A DNA stretch of 64,000 nt. It comes from Schmidtea polychroa. Its lineage: Eukaryota. Position numbers and translations under genes: made by a program. Within the stretch, counting starts at the first letter, position 1; each line of letters opens with the position of its first letter. Shown here piece by piece: positions 14,243 to 27,870 of this stretch. Where the stretch lies: assembly GCA_044892525.1 (NCBI GenBank), contig CM097885.1:204662001-204726000 (forward strand). Direction: 5' to 3'. Below the pieces are notes generated by a model that had not been told where the DNA came from, made no database searches, and worked only from the letters and a program-made list of their open reading frames with translations.

Positions 14243-17200
14243 CTAAAAAAGTGAATGATTTAGGGGCAAGCGATATCGGTTCTCTAACCTTTCGTCCTCG
14301 GTATTTTGTTTTTCCTGTTCTGCTTTGTCATGAGTTTCGCCTTTGAATTGGTTGAAACCTCTTTCGTTGAAACCACACCTTTTCTTGCATTGGTTTGCAT
14401 GTACCATAATTGGTTCTGCATTTCTATTTACTACTACCTGTAGTATTAAATTAGTATCCGTAGACCGTAATACATCATTAGGGCCTTTAAAATTTCGCAT
14501 AAGTTTGGGTGATAAGCCTTTCTTGTTATAGTGACTTTCTAGCATTACCTGATCTCCGACCACTATACCATGCTCTTCGGACCTACGATTGTGATAGTTC
14601 TCTGATGATTCCCGATTATACTTTAAACTGAGTCTCGGTTTTGCCCATGCCTCCTGCATGCGTTCTAGCATCTCCGTGAGATAATCCCTTTGATCCAAGT
14701 ACTGTGTTGCCTTGGGGAAGAACAACAAATCCACAGGCATTTTACTTTGCCAAAAACACATTAGATAAAACGGTGTTTCACCAGTTCTCTCATGAACAGC
14801 ATTACGATAAAAAAGATGGAATGTGGATATCCTAATCAGATTTTCCAGAATTTACATAGGACGCTAACATATTCGCCAATGTTTCGTTAAATCTTTCTAC
14901 CAACCCGTCCGTGTGCGGATGATATGGAGAAGTGTTCAATTTCAAAATGCCGAAATAGTCATTGATTCCCTTGAGCCGATTACACATAATATCCGCTCCT
15001 TGATTCGTTAGTAGTGTTGAAGGTACTTCATACCTAAAAACTATTTGTTCCACAAAATTTCTGGCTATCGTATCAGCCTTATGATTTGGAATTGGATATG
15101 CTTTTGGCCATTTCGCCAAATAGTCAAAAAATACTAGGATGTATTTTTTTCCACTGTTGAATTCTTTAAACAATCCCGACACTAGCACCGGCATCATTGG
15201 TACGTGTGATTTCCTTCCTGTGTTTCTCCTGGTGATCCAGATTTTACATGTCTGAACCATTCCTTCACATCTTGCTTGATTGTTAGCCAGAAGTACTTGT
15301 GCTTCAGCCGTGACAACATTTTCAGTGAGTTTTACGAGTGCTCCATCATAGCACTGCAACCTAAGTGCTTCCCGATATTTCTTCGGAACCATGATGATAT
15401 TATCCCTTGCATACGCGTACTTGACTAATCCCGTATTCCGACAATCTGCCAACACGACAATCCGTCAACACTAAAAAATTGGATAAGGCTGATATTTATA
15501 AAAAAATATATTTGTAGGTCATCATATTAAAATTAATTTACATGTACTTGTACAACAAATTTGCCTAAATAATCATTCAAATAAAAGCATTAAAATCAAA
15601 TACCAGTACCTTTATGATCAGTATCATTGCGACATGTTGAATGTGAGTAGTACTCTTGTAAGCAATATTTATAGGGGGTCAAAATATCTTGTCGGATAAA
15701 CTCAGAGTATATATAATAAAACGAATTAACTCATTCAAATTTATCACTGAATCAGTCAAATTATCACAAATTTTGATAAAAAATCTTGTATACCTCTCAG
15801 CCAGTTAAATTGTTTAAATATTTAATTAAAATTTTATATTAAACAATTACTAGTTGATTTTTATCTTTCAGCGGAGAATTTATTATTAAAATTTTAAAAA
15901 TATAATAAATTTAAAATGTATGTATGTTAAAACAAAAATTTATCGACTTTTTGGCAGATTGTCGCTTTGGCGGATTGTCGTACAACCGACTAATCCTTCT
16001 TCGAGTAATAATTAATCTCAATGCTCGTCCCAATACTTAGTAAATTCCGTCGTTGGTTTCCAATGCCTGTCGAATTGAATTGATCCCTTCGTCCGACTTT
16101 TTTGTTTCCATCAGATCTGCGATTCTCTTGGTTCTTCTTGACAACACAAAGAGTGTTTCTTCTAATATGTCTTCCTTGAAGTCTTCTTCTTCATTTCCTT
16201 GATACATTCGGAATAGTGCATCTGGGTTTCCGTTGTGGTATTTTTTTCTGTAATGTATTTCAATATCGTAGGGTTGTATAATTATTGACCATCTGACAAG
16301 CTTTGATGTATCTATTGTATGTTTGGTTAGCAATTGTAGAGGCTTATGATCGGTTTCAACGATTATCTTTCAACCTCATAAATACGTTCTGAATTGGCTT
16401 ATAGCGTAGACAATTGCTATAGCCTCAAGTTCAATCACTGTATAATTTTTCTCTTATAGCTTTAGTTCTCTGCTGGCATATGAAATAGCATATACATAAC
16501 CTAGGACATCTCTCTGAACTAGCACAGCACCAATAACCCGAGTGCTGCCATCTGTCATGACCAAGAATTGTTTCTCAAAATCTGGGAATCGTAGAAAAGG
16601 AGGTTCCAAGAGCAATTTCTTGAGTGTATCAAATTATTTTAATACCTACCCAAACAAATTTGACGTGGACTTGAGTCCAAAAAGCAATCAATGATTATTG
16701 ATGAGAAAATTCCCCAACATGTTCATTTGGGTTTTGCTTTCTATAATATAATTGTTATCTAAAGATTCTTCTCACGTCTCTAAGTAATATTCTAGTTCTC
16801 AATGCATCTCTCATTTCTGCCCACGTTTTAGGTACGATGAGAGCTGGTAATGCCATTACTTCATTGTACTTTTCTCTTGAAGATCCTTTCAAATATATTG
16901 GCAATCTTTGAATAATTATATTGTCCGGGTTGGCATTTGCTTTTGCCATCTTATAATATTCTGACATATATTCGGGAAATTCTCATGAATCCTCAATGAA
17001 TGCCTTAACAGGCAGAGCAGGATATCTTGCGAATACATTTGCAATAACTTCCTCTGCAATTTGCTTCTTTAGTTTAATTTGCGCACGAGTTCCAAACGCT
17101 ATTTTAAATTTTACTTCACAATATGCCAACCAAAATGTTAGGTTTGCAAGTGGGTTGTACGACTAACACACTCACTCGATCTGACTCTAAGGTGTGTTCA

Positions 17201-17399
17201 TTTTGGTTCCCAGATTCCCGTATAGGCCATAGATTGCAAATTGTGACTGGCGTGGTTTAATCATCTACGTATTTGATGAGAGCTAAGATTGTTGCAAATG
17301 TGGCTGTGGAGAGACCAAGAATTGATAAACACCAGTAAATATGAATTTGGAAAACAGGTTAAAAGTCACAAACACTCAATAAATATTAATTAAGCTACA
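14243..17399 (-). mobile_element. Second degenerate Gypsy element (gag, RNase H, integrase; RT apparently deleted; possible 5' LTR 17136-17399)
   Basis: Integrase FFDYLAKWPKAYP...SPYHPHTDGLVERFNETL (14832-15455); C-terminal KLMRNFKGP (14243-14761); RNase H TDGSTRVIGAVL...VETDHKPL...LVRWSIIIQPYDIEIHY (16037-16560); gag-like 16755-16967. A TG...CA segment followed by TGG is the LTR candidate, but no partner LTR was found. Confidence 0.85.
15640..15715. repeat. Dispersed short repeat family (GGGGGTCAAAATA..TGTCGGATAAACTCAGA core), copy 1
   Basis: Core is shared with ~27480-27545 and, in diverged form, with 37420-37510 and 46910-46970. Confidence 0.65.
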
Positions 17400-17804
17400 T
17401 TCTTCTTAACATTATTTAAAAAGAAAACATTCTTCCAATATTGTTCACTTTCCTCTAACATTACTCAATTCTGTTTTACTGTTTTAAGAAATTTTCTATT
17501 ATAAGATTTGTAATTACCTTTTTCAACTTATTAATTTCTCAAGCATTGGAACTTACTCTATGATACGTTTGTTTATAATTAAAATTTTTAAATTAAAAAA
17601 ATATTTAATTTAGAAAGAATTTATTTTGTTCTTTTTAATTTAATATGGAATACATATTAATAAAAATAATTAATTTAAATTTAATAAACTAATTAATATT
17701 AATAGTTTTTTTATTCTAATTAATTTGACCTTGAACGTTTGTTTATGGGCAATACATTTTGTCTATCACTAAAACGTAAATCAACTGATTCAATTGCAGC
17801 AAAT

Positions 17805-20800
17805 ATGGCTTCCTCTAAATTTTCAGCAGAAATTATTGAAGCAGCAGGAAAACATACTTCTACAGTTAGTATTTATATAAAATAGTTTTTTTGTTTTATT
17901 TATAATATTTAGCTTATATTTCTTCATGGTTTGGGTGACACAGGGTACATTACTGAAATTGTGAATTTTATTGAATTAATATTCCAGGTCGGGCTGGGCG
18001 ATGAATTTAAAACACTATGTACCTAAAAGTTGCAAAGTTATTTGTCCACACGCGTTAGTTATTTATAAATTGTCAGAATAATTTTTATTATGGATAAAAT
18101 ATAAATGATAATCATTATTGGTGCTTGAAGCATTCCAAAATTTAAATTATAAGATAATTTAATATTAGATATCTATCATTTTTAATTATTTTATCTTAAT
18201 TTGAAAATAAAATTTTGTAGATTGTGGTACAACTATGAAGTTGTATTATATACCTAGAATTATATTTCTAGACTTGAAACTTTACTTCACATTATGTGAA
18301 GGTTGATTATAAAATATCCTTTAAGTTATGAATGATGAAACAAATAGAATCATTTGCAATTTTATTTAAAAGATTAAATATTAAAAAGATACTTTTACTG
18401 TTAATTAAAAATATTCCAATACTATATACACTTTTAGGTTATCTATTAATTGCAATAGATTCCTTATAAATTTGTATTTGCAATGTGTTAAATGCTTATT
18501 ACAACATTCAAACTAGAAACATCTTTCTAATTATTGATTTAATTAGAAATTATGAAATCCGAATAAAGAAAAGATAATATTATTGGATCAAAATTTTTTC
18601 TAGCAGATGTTGCGCCAAATTCTTTGGTAAATAATTGTCACTGTTAGGATTTTATTGGTCATTGTTTGAAGTTCAATAATTTTGTTTGAAACAACTGCAA
18701 TATTTTGGATTCATTAATTGTCAAATGTTTAACACATTTATGAGTTTAAACACTCAAACCTAACAAATTATAATTTGGATTAATAATGTGACGAGTTCAG
18801 GAGTTAAATAATTACGATTTCAAAATATTTTGTAATGGTTTACCGAATTATACAAATATAAACTTGCATAACCGATTCCTTTTTGCTGCACTTGTAAGTG
18901 TTTAGCTGAAAGTCTTTTCGACTATAGATAGTTAGTAAGCATTGGTGTAACACTATTGGTATTTTGGGTATTTTTAAAGAAAAATAGTTATCGATTAAAT
19001 ACATATTTTGATTACTATTTATATTTGGATTATATTAGGAACCCAAGCATGAAATAGTATTAAAATACTAATAGGGCTTATAATAAACGAAACATGGTAC
19101 TAAAATATAAAAGGAGAATAATCAATATCAAATAATTTAATCGATATCATTGACTTTATCAAAATCTTAGAATACACTTTTAGATTTTTCATTCTCATGC
19201 ATTGCATTGTCACTTGAGAGCATACATTTACAGCTTAAAAATAAAATTAATTGATTTCGGTTAAAAATTTTTATAATTACATTTAAAATTACATATTTAT
19301 TCTAATTTTTATAAATAACTTATTTTTGTTTTTATTTTTTAAATTTTGAATCAAAAATCTAAAACTCGATGCATTATATTATTTTATTAATAATAATAAT
19401 GAAAACAATTACAATGAAAAATAAATGAATTAATTGTAAATTTTACGTCTTATATGTCTTAAAATGGCTACATATGAATAGTTTTGAAGTCTATAATGCC
19501 AATATATTACATTAAGAATAAAAACTAATGACTTTTCTATTATTTAATGCACCAGTGAAAATCATTTAAAGTGAAATTGTAAGCTAATACATCTTTCAAT
19601 TTCAGAAATACTAGACCAGTTACTCTTAATGGTGGAGCATCTATGCCGTCTTGGTACAACAATAAACTTATTAAATTATAATTATATACTAAATTAGGTT
19701 TGATATTATCGGTTTAACTCCAGATAGTCCTCAAGATGAAGCTGGTATTAGACATGCTTCTAAAGAATGTATTATACGCTTATTAATTGTATTTATTCTG
19801 TGAATTTCGTATGTTATAGTGAATAATATAGTAAATAAAGAAATTGAAAGTGGTATTTCTCCACAAAAAATAGCAATAGGTGGATTTTCCCAAGGTGGAG
19901 CAGTAGCATTATTCAATGCTCTCAGTGGACCTATATCTAAATATGCTGGTGTTATAGCTCTCAGTACTTGGCTACCTCTTCATTCCTCGTTTAAGAACGA
20001 TCCGAGCGTAATGATAATAAATTATATTTGATCTAATATGAATGTGTATAGATTTTAAAAATTGACAAAACTGTGCCTGTTTTGCAGTGCCATGGTCAAA
20101 TGGACCCTCTGGTGCCTATTCAAATGGGTCAGATCACTAATCAGTTTCTCAGCATTTTAGGACTTAGTGAAGTTCAATTCAAGATCTATCCTTACATGGA
20201 CCATTCGTCATGTGATGAGGTATAGTTATTGATTTACTATTCCTATTTTATTATTTTATATTATTTTTATTTTTGCCATTTTATCGGTAATTTTATTTTT
20301 AATATATTAATTTTATTATTATCGTTTATATTAAGGTTAAACAATTAAATGATAAAATAAACCTTTTTTCATATTCAATAAAATGAAAGAATTTTCAACT
20401 ATAAAAAATTTTTTCTGATAATTGTTTTGAGCGTGTGATATGTGAAGCATTATTTTAACTTTTAATCCTAAAATCAATGTGCAGAATGCAGTGAATACGT
20501 GTGTTGAATGTTTTTAATTAAGTTTTTGTATGTTGATGTATATTAATAATAGTTATGTTAAATAATTAAAATAATATTTTTAAATAATTGATTGTTGAAA
20601 ATTATTTTTAAAAATAATTGTTTGAAATTTTTATTTATAATTTAAAAATTTATAGATTTTATAATTTGTTTATATATTATCAATATAGTATAGTTATTCA
20701 TCCGTCGTGAATGTAGGTAACCTGATGATGATAGTGATGCTATCGAAATATATAGTGAAAAATATGTACGAATGGCGATTTTTATTAATAAAATCTTTAC

Positions 20801-23102
20801 CGTGTTTATTTAAGTATTTATAAAAATTTTATTATTTTAAATTAATATTTTTTATTAATATTATTTTCTTTTTAATATATTAATTATTTTATTTTTTATT
20901 ATTATTAAATAATTATTAATCTTATTATTATTATTGTTTATAATAATATTATTTTTGTCAATTATTTATTTTTATTTTTGCCATTTATACCGGTAATAAT
21001 ATTTTTTTCTTTTTAATATATTAATTATTTTTTAATTATTTTATTATTATATAATTATTAATCTTATGATTATTATTTATATTAATGTTATTATTATTAT
21101 TGTCAGAACAAATTATCAAATATTTTTTTACAAAAATCTTTGCCATGTTTATTTATTTATTCAATTAATTATCCTCTGTTTATGTTTGCTAAAAATATAT
21201 AATTATTATTATTACAAATTAACAGCTACTGACAAAATTTAAATGAATTTCGTCGTATAATTATTTAGATGGCGTCAATTTGTTAACAATAAGCTATTAA
21301 TTACTATTAATATTCATTTCCCGGCAATTGTAAACAATTTATAGTTAGATAATTTGTCCGTTCAGAATAACTTGTAATGTATAATTATGATATTCTATAA
21401 TTACTGTAGGTTATGTAAATATCATCCTCATTTAATATTCCCCACCCCCCCCTATTATAATGCAAACAATAAAGGCTAATATAAAAATATCAATATTTAG
21501 TCCTATATTGATTGATAAACTAAATTTTTGTTGATGTTTTTTGAAAATTTACTTTTCATTCCATGACAAGATAAAATATCTATGAATACAATCCACAAGA
21601 AATACAAGGGCAAAGAACCATATAAAATTAAGAATAAATAAGAAAACAATACGCGCTTGTAACCTCTAAAAACAAAAGCATTAAGTTAACAATTTCTAAA
21701 TATTGGGTTTATAGCTAGGTAATTGAAGTTTTTAAGATATATTTACGTATCTAAAGTGTGTAAAATTGGATTTTCGATTGTCATTCTGTAGAAAATCAAA
21801 ACACATATTTTCTTCATATTTTGCGTTTGCGTTGTGTATAGTGCAAAAGAATGACAGTAAAAAAATTAATTTGCTAAATTTCGTTCTAGTGATTTTTCAC
21901 TGAAATATAAATAAAGCTGAGGTTTGGTCCAGTTAAAATTGAAGACAATCAAATCGATAATCGATGCGAATTGTCATAGAACAACATGCGAGATTGTAAT
22001 TAAGCCCAATGTATTACATTTTGAGATTGAAAGGCGTTTACAACAACCTATATACTCTAAAAAGTATGATTTATGGATCCCCTGTGAACTTAGAAAAATT
22101 CGCTTAACGCAACTCATTAAGATATGTGATAATAATGACTATATTTATATTTCTAAACATCAATTTTAGAACCAGAGACCCTGGTAAGGTCAAAATAATA
22201 AAAAAGCAACGTAACTAATTAAGAATCAGTAGCTAAATTATGTATTAAATAAAAATTCATAAATATATTACATAGAAAATTTAATCGATTTTTATATAAT
22301 ATATTGATATAATATATTGATATAATAAATTGATATAATAAATGATATTTGAATAATATTAATACTATTCATTAACTATTTCTCAATTGTTAAAATAAGA
22401 AAAATATAAGTTAGGTTACAAATTTTCAAGTAATTGTTTTAACAACTTATGTCTATACCAAGCAATTTTGCTCTAAATCTTCACAATCAAATATAGCGTG
22501 AAAGAATAAAATCTAAAATTTTTATATAAAGTGGGAGCTACAAAACATAAAATAATTGAAAAATATTCATGTTTTAAATATATAAATAAAATCAGATTTT
22601 ATATATTTTGAACCACTATTAAATATAGTTACGTTAAATGCGATCAATTGTTATTTTTGTCAAACATAATAAGTGAAATTTAATTTTTTTACTTTTCGGT
22701 TTTTGGCAATTGGATTTTCACATGAATTCTGTTTGTCTAATTTTATATAAAATTCATTCGATTCCATCAATTCAAAAATTATACATTAAATTGAAAAATG
22801 ACAATATATTATAAATGTCCATCAACCAGATAGGAAATCTGAATAGGATAATTAATGCCAAAATTTTCCACAAAATGAGTTGCATATTTTATTGAATTAT
22901 TAAAATTTGTTATGCTGAATTGAATTTTTTTTCAAATGTCGATTCATAGATAAATTTAATAACCTACATTTTTAATGTTCTTATGGGTATAATCATCTGG
23001 AAGTAAATGTTTTTTTTGTAAATATCAGAAATCGATTTTTTAGTAATACTCCAATTGGATGAACCAATTTGCTGAATTATTTATGATATTTCAACTTAAA
23101 AT

Positions 23103-23152
<50 letters not shown>

Positions 23153-25626
23153 CGTGTGTGTGTTTAGGATACCTAAGTAATAAAAATTAAATAATTGTTG
23201 TGGTTATAAGAGATACGAAATGAAAATTTGGAAAAAGTAAAAATCAATATTTTATCGGGGAAAAGTGGTAACGCGTGAGAAATGAAATCGATTAGAGGTC
23301 CATAGAAGGGTGTGGGGATCCACAAACAAATTAGTTAATGAAGTTTCAAACAAATCTATTAATGGAAGGATAGTCAGAATTGGGAGAATTTGCAGAGAAT
23401 TATTTAAGTCGGATGAAGTAAAGATTGATGATCAGTGAAATACTATATAGTCAGAGAGCTAAAAACAGAAAGCGTCAGTTGGTGGAGGAGAGAAAAATCA
23501 TAATAACCTAGCAGAATTAAATAAAGAAGGTGACAAGTGCGATTGAGAAAGAGTGATAAACCAAATTGTGTTATGACTTATTAGACTGATACCCATTGGC
23601 CATTTACCCAGCTATACTAATCCTCAATGAAGTTGGCAATTTGAAAATAAGGATTTGAGTTTTATTTCTTTGATTGCTGAACACGAGGAATCGGATCAAG
23701 ATTTAATCCCATCGATTAACATTTAAATATCCAAACATTATTATTGTTAAAGTGAACAAAATAATTGGAGGGATATATAAAGTAAAGAGATGCCATTCTA
23801 AAGTTCTGAAAAGTAGGAACGAAAGGAAGAAATTGGAAAATCAAATAATGAAATACAATAATTAATAAGTACAGCATAAAACGGAAAACGAAAATAGAAA
23901 ACAAATTAGAAATGGAATTTCCTTATATCGACGACTTGCACGAGGTAAAGGAAATGGATAATTGGGGAAACGTCTTCTAAAAATTATATATCTTGACAGC
24001 TTTCAGAGATAATAAAAGAATTAGATAAAAGACTTAAGGAAATGTACGGGGAAAAGGAATATAAACGATTATCAATTTAATATCAATAAGTGCTATTAGA
24101 TTGCAGATTAAGGAAACACAACTTGAATCAAAAAGGAGAATTTCTAAAGTACACATTTTGTAAAGAAAACACAATTTAATTGAATTATTAAATTATGGGA
24201 GGAACAAATTAATGCTATCGAATAAATTCAAGTTAAATCTAAGAAAGCAACTAGATCGAATCTACCTATCATTGAAGCCAGAACAGTTGGCAAGTGGTGG
24301 TTAACTCCAACTTGTATCGTAAACGTGCTATTCTTTCCGAAGGATTTGCAATAAGTACTCAAATCATTGTTGGAATATTGAATTATTGGTGTCACTGTAA
24401 ATTGGTTATTAATTATTTTAATCAATAAAAGTTTCCTGCTTGGAGCTCTGTATAATCTATAATCCCAGTTATAATCCTTCAAAATTCATGGAATAAAATC
24501 ACATTAATTTATAAAATTGAAGAATTTATTAATAATTCTCGATCCGTAATAAAAATATCAAACGAAATTTCATGAATCACTCTGAAAAATTTCGTGTAAA
24601 ATATGTGACAGAATTGATTCCTTGGGTCACAGCAACATAAAGTTGACAATAAGCAAATGGTGGCTTTTATTAACCCATAAATTGCCGTATATATCTGACA
24701 ACCTCAGTTTAAACCTTTCAAAAATGTCACATAATAAGTCAATTATACAATAAAAATAAAAATTTAATTAGTATTTTTTATATGTAGTTATTGTCACTAT
24801 CAAAATTAGAATTATAAATCCATTTTTAATTTATTAAGAAAATAACGATAATTCGCATTTATCCACGTTTCGATTTTGTATTTTGATGACATGCATATCT
24901 TCCGGATATAGTATAATAGGATGTTATATGAGATAAATTTTGAAGAAAATTAGTGTGTCAGTACGTTACATTTTAAACGAAATCGACTATTGTAAAATCT
25001 GGTTATAATAAAATTAATTTCTTACCAAAGGCATTTTATTATAACGGTAAAAAATCTAACTTTCTAAGCCTCGTTAGTCATATAAGCATGATATACACCA
25101 ACCTAAATTTGAAATTTGCAAAAATAGCAAACTTTTTGTTTCTATTTTATCTATCAAATTAGTTAATAATCTAACTTTGGATCAGGGGCAGTTTTTTGCT
25201 CTTTCCACTATTAAAGTGTTAACTAAAACAGAAATTTCGATAATCTGATAAAAATTATGTAATAATAAAAAAATGAAAAGCTATTGATCTGTATTAAATA
25301 TAATTGATACTCGAATGCGATGGCATTTTTGTCCCGAAAAATTTTCACTTAAATATGAATTGATTTTACTATATTGAGGGAAATTGTTGTTTATTTGTAA
25401 TTGTGATATCAATGAAATCCTATTAATTAATCCGATGTCACATTATTTGCAATGTTGTATCAATTGATAAATTGACATTGTCCTGGCTATTTAATTGCTT
25501 TCCATTAATTCTGTCATTGGATATTTGATTACATCTATGATTGTAGAAATTCAATTTATTTCTCATTTTAACTTTTAGGAAATGCAAGATCTTTCCAAAT
25601 TTTTGAAGACTGTTTTAACCGACTGA
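17805..25626 (+). CDS. LYPLA1/2: Acyl-protein thioesterase / lysophospholipase; exons 17805-17864, 17913-17944, 17988-18053, 19606-19653, 19698-19768, 19820-20007, 20052-20219, 25579-25626
   Basis: Spliced product contains IFLHGLGDTG, VICPHA..RPVTLNGGASMPSWFD, DEAGI, nucleophile motif GGFSQGG, catalytic Asp in HGQMDPLVP, catalytic His in MDHSSCDEE, and ends EMQDLSKFLKTVLTD*. All junctions are GT-AG and phase-compatible. Confidence 0.92.
20719..20757 (+). ncRNA. Minimal type I hammerhead ribozyme motif (Penelope-type) in LYPLA intron 7
   Basis: AAC-CTGATGA-T-GATAG-TGATG-CTATC-GAAA-TATA-TA-GTG. Intact core, 5-bp stem II, palindromic stem III; stem I pairs at 2 of 3 positions. Confidence 0.65.
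23106..23149. repeat. (TA)n microsatellite
   Basis: Uninterrupted TA run. Another lies at ~62164-62200. Confidence 0.95.
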
Positions 25627-26322
25627 TCTTATTTCTTCTCAATAATCGAAAATTGATTTAGTGTTGCATAATTTTCAAATTTGAAGCTAGTTATTATCGC
25701 CTGTTGTTTCGATGGGTCGCATTGATTGTGATTCCATAATGTGGTAGTATTTGCATAAAAGTTTTGTTTATTTTGTCAATGATTTTTGCACTTTTTATTA
25801 TTAGTTTTTGTAAAATTTATTTTCTATTAATAATCTTATAAAAATAATTGCTTGGTACTCAAGGGTCAGTTTGATCGCGGTTTATTATTTTAGAACGGTA
25901 ACTACTGCATGCAGTAGTAATTAGCTACTGTTTATAAATTCAATTCATATATTTACAAGAATATAGCATATAACGTCTATTTGCTCACGTTGGATTTCAT
26001 AAAAAAAATTTGATAACATCTGGGGCATACATTTAATTTCCATGGAAATTTTGATAGTAAAACATAAATTTGTGTAGAATATTGTTCCAAAATGTGAAGT
26101 AATTTTGGCTGTTTGAAACAATAAAATTGGAGTAGGGAATTAGGAATAAACGGTTGCATTTATTTGTCGTAGTGATTTTGTAGTTTGGAAAGAGTTACAA
26201 ATCCATTATATAATTTAAATTAACGAACATTTTTGCTATTTCGGTCAATGAATTGTAAGTGTTTAAATTGATGTCAGGAATAATGCGATACGAGGAACGT
26301 AATTTGTTACCGTTTCTGTATT

Positions 26323-26606
26323 TTAACCCTTTTACTGTCTTGAGTATCATGTATGATACTCACCGTTTCAGTGAGACGCCCATGCATCATATATGATACT
26401 CGTATATATGACTCGCGTACCATGGGTAACACAGTTATACGCTTGACGATCATATATGATACTCAGTTTTTTTTATTCCAGGGTATATGAAACAGTATGC
26501 TCAACAACTTCACATTTTTTTTCTTGTTTGTACAGTACTTTTTATTATACGCACAGTGACGTCATATGCCAATCATCGAAAATGGGCTTGACAGTGAAAG
26601 GGGTAA
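26323..26606. mobile_element. piggyBac-like MITE
   Basis: TTAA-CCCTTTTACTGTC ... GACAGTGAAAGGG-GTAA. CCCT/AGGG termini; the right TTAA carries one mismatch. Confidence 0.5.
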
Positions 26607-27077
26607 GAACGTTTAGTAAGTTAGTAAAAATGAAAAAAATATAATACGATATTAAAATTCATGGATATGTTCTTTTTTAAAAATTTTAATATTTCTATTC
26701 TCTTTTTTCGACATAGAAATCGAATATGATGAAAGAATTAGTGGCTGTTATTAAAAAGTTAGGTAAATAGCATTTTCTATAAACTAAATATGGTTTTGGT
26801 AGATGTTTCTTTGTTGATCTGGATTGAAATGTTTTTAAAATTAAGTGTGATATGAATATAGTTTCAATTAAGTTTGTGTACTGGTCATGTATTTAAAGTA
26901 TAATTTTATGAATTACTTTAAAACTGAAGGAGATAAATTAGTTTTAATACTAAGGAAAAAGAGAAAGAAGTAAAACTGGAAGTAAAACTATTCCAACTGT
27001 TGGGGTTCGGCTAGACGAACATATTGATAGCCATTAAGACTAATTTACAGTTAATAATTAATTACTATATTTAAATT

Positions 27078-27870
27078 CGGGTCACCTCATAAAATCGACT
27101 TCTAGTACATCGATTTTTAAAACATCGAGTGTGAAAAGATCTACTTTTAGCCTTAAAACATCTATTGTCGAAAACATCTACTGTCAAAAACATCAACTGT
27201 CAATAACATCTAGTAATAAAAGGCAAGAACATCAATCGCCTAAAACATCGAGTTTAAAAAACCTTTTTTAATTAAATGCTCTCATCATTTTTTAATTTTA
27301 ATAGTTTTTTTTAATTTGTTTAATTTTGAAACCATCTCTTTTCGTTATATTTTCATCAATTTAATTAATTCAACAAATTTTAATACTCCTCTGTTGTATC
27401 TTAAAGTACCGTTGTGTGTCCTTTTCTTCCTAAAAAAAGACTTGTACACGAATCGTGCGGGCGTGGTGTGTGTGTTGAGTACGACCAGTCCCCATGTGAC
27501 CTGTACTCCTCGGGGGTCAAAATACTTTGTCGGATAAACTCAGACAAAATGTGAATGTTTATATCATAGCTTCCCAACCAGTGTGCCGCGAAACATTTTC
27601 GTTATATTTTCATCAATTTAATTAATTCAACAAATTTTAATATCAGATGAAAGTTTAATTAACCTCAATTAATTTAATTTTAATTTGTAGATGTTTTAAA
27701 ACTCGATGTTTTAGAAGTTTTAAAAGTAGATTTTATTGACAATCGATGTATTTGTTGTTGATGTTTTGGACTCGATGTTTTAGACAGTAGATGTTTTCAC
27801 CAATAGATAAATTAGAAGTTGATTATTTTGTTGTTGATTATCTAGAAGTCGATGTTTTGGGGGCGCGCCA
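27078..27870. repeat. Foldback-like element with arms built from AAAACATC(GA) micro-repeats; contains a 46-bp direct duplication (~27339-27384 / ~27597-27642) around copy 2 of the dispersed repeat
   Basis: Left arm has tandem AAAACATC units, right arm has GATGTTTT units, and the ends share ATCGACTTCTAG / CTAGAAGTCGAT. Confidence 0.55.

Noticed and set aside
15640-15715. Calling the dispersed repeat a Helentron/DINE-1-like element
   Set aside because: I could not define subterminal inverted repeats or a convincing 3' hairpin, so it is left as an unclassified repeat.
23200-24100. Purine-rich stretch with FPYIDDL, a possible retroelement RT
   Set aside because: One short motif among many stops; no supporting RT motifs in frame.
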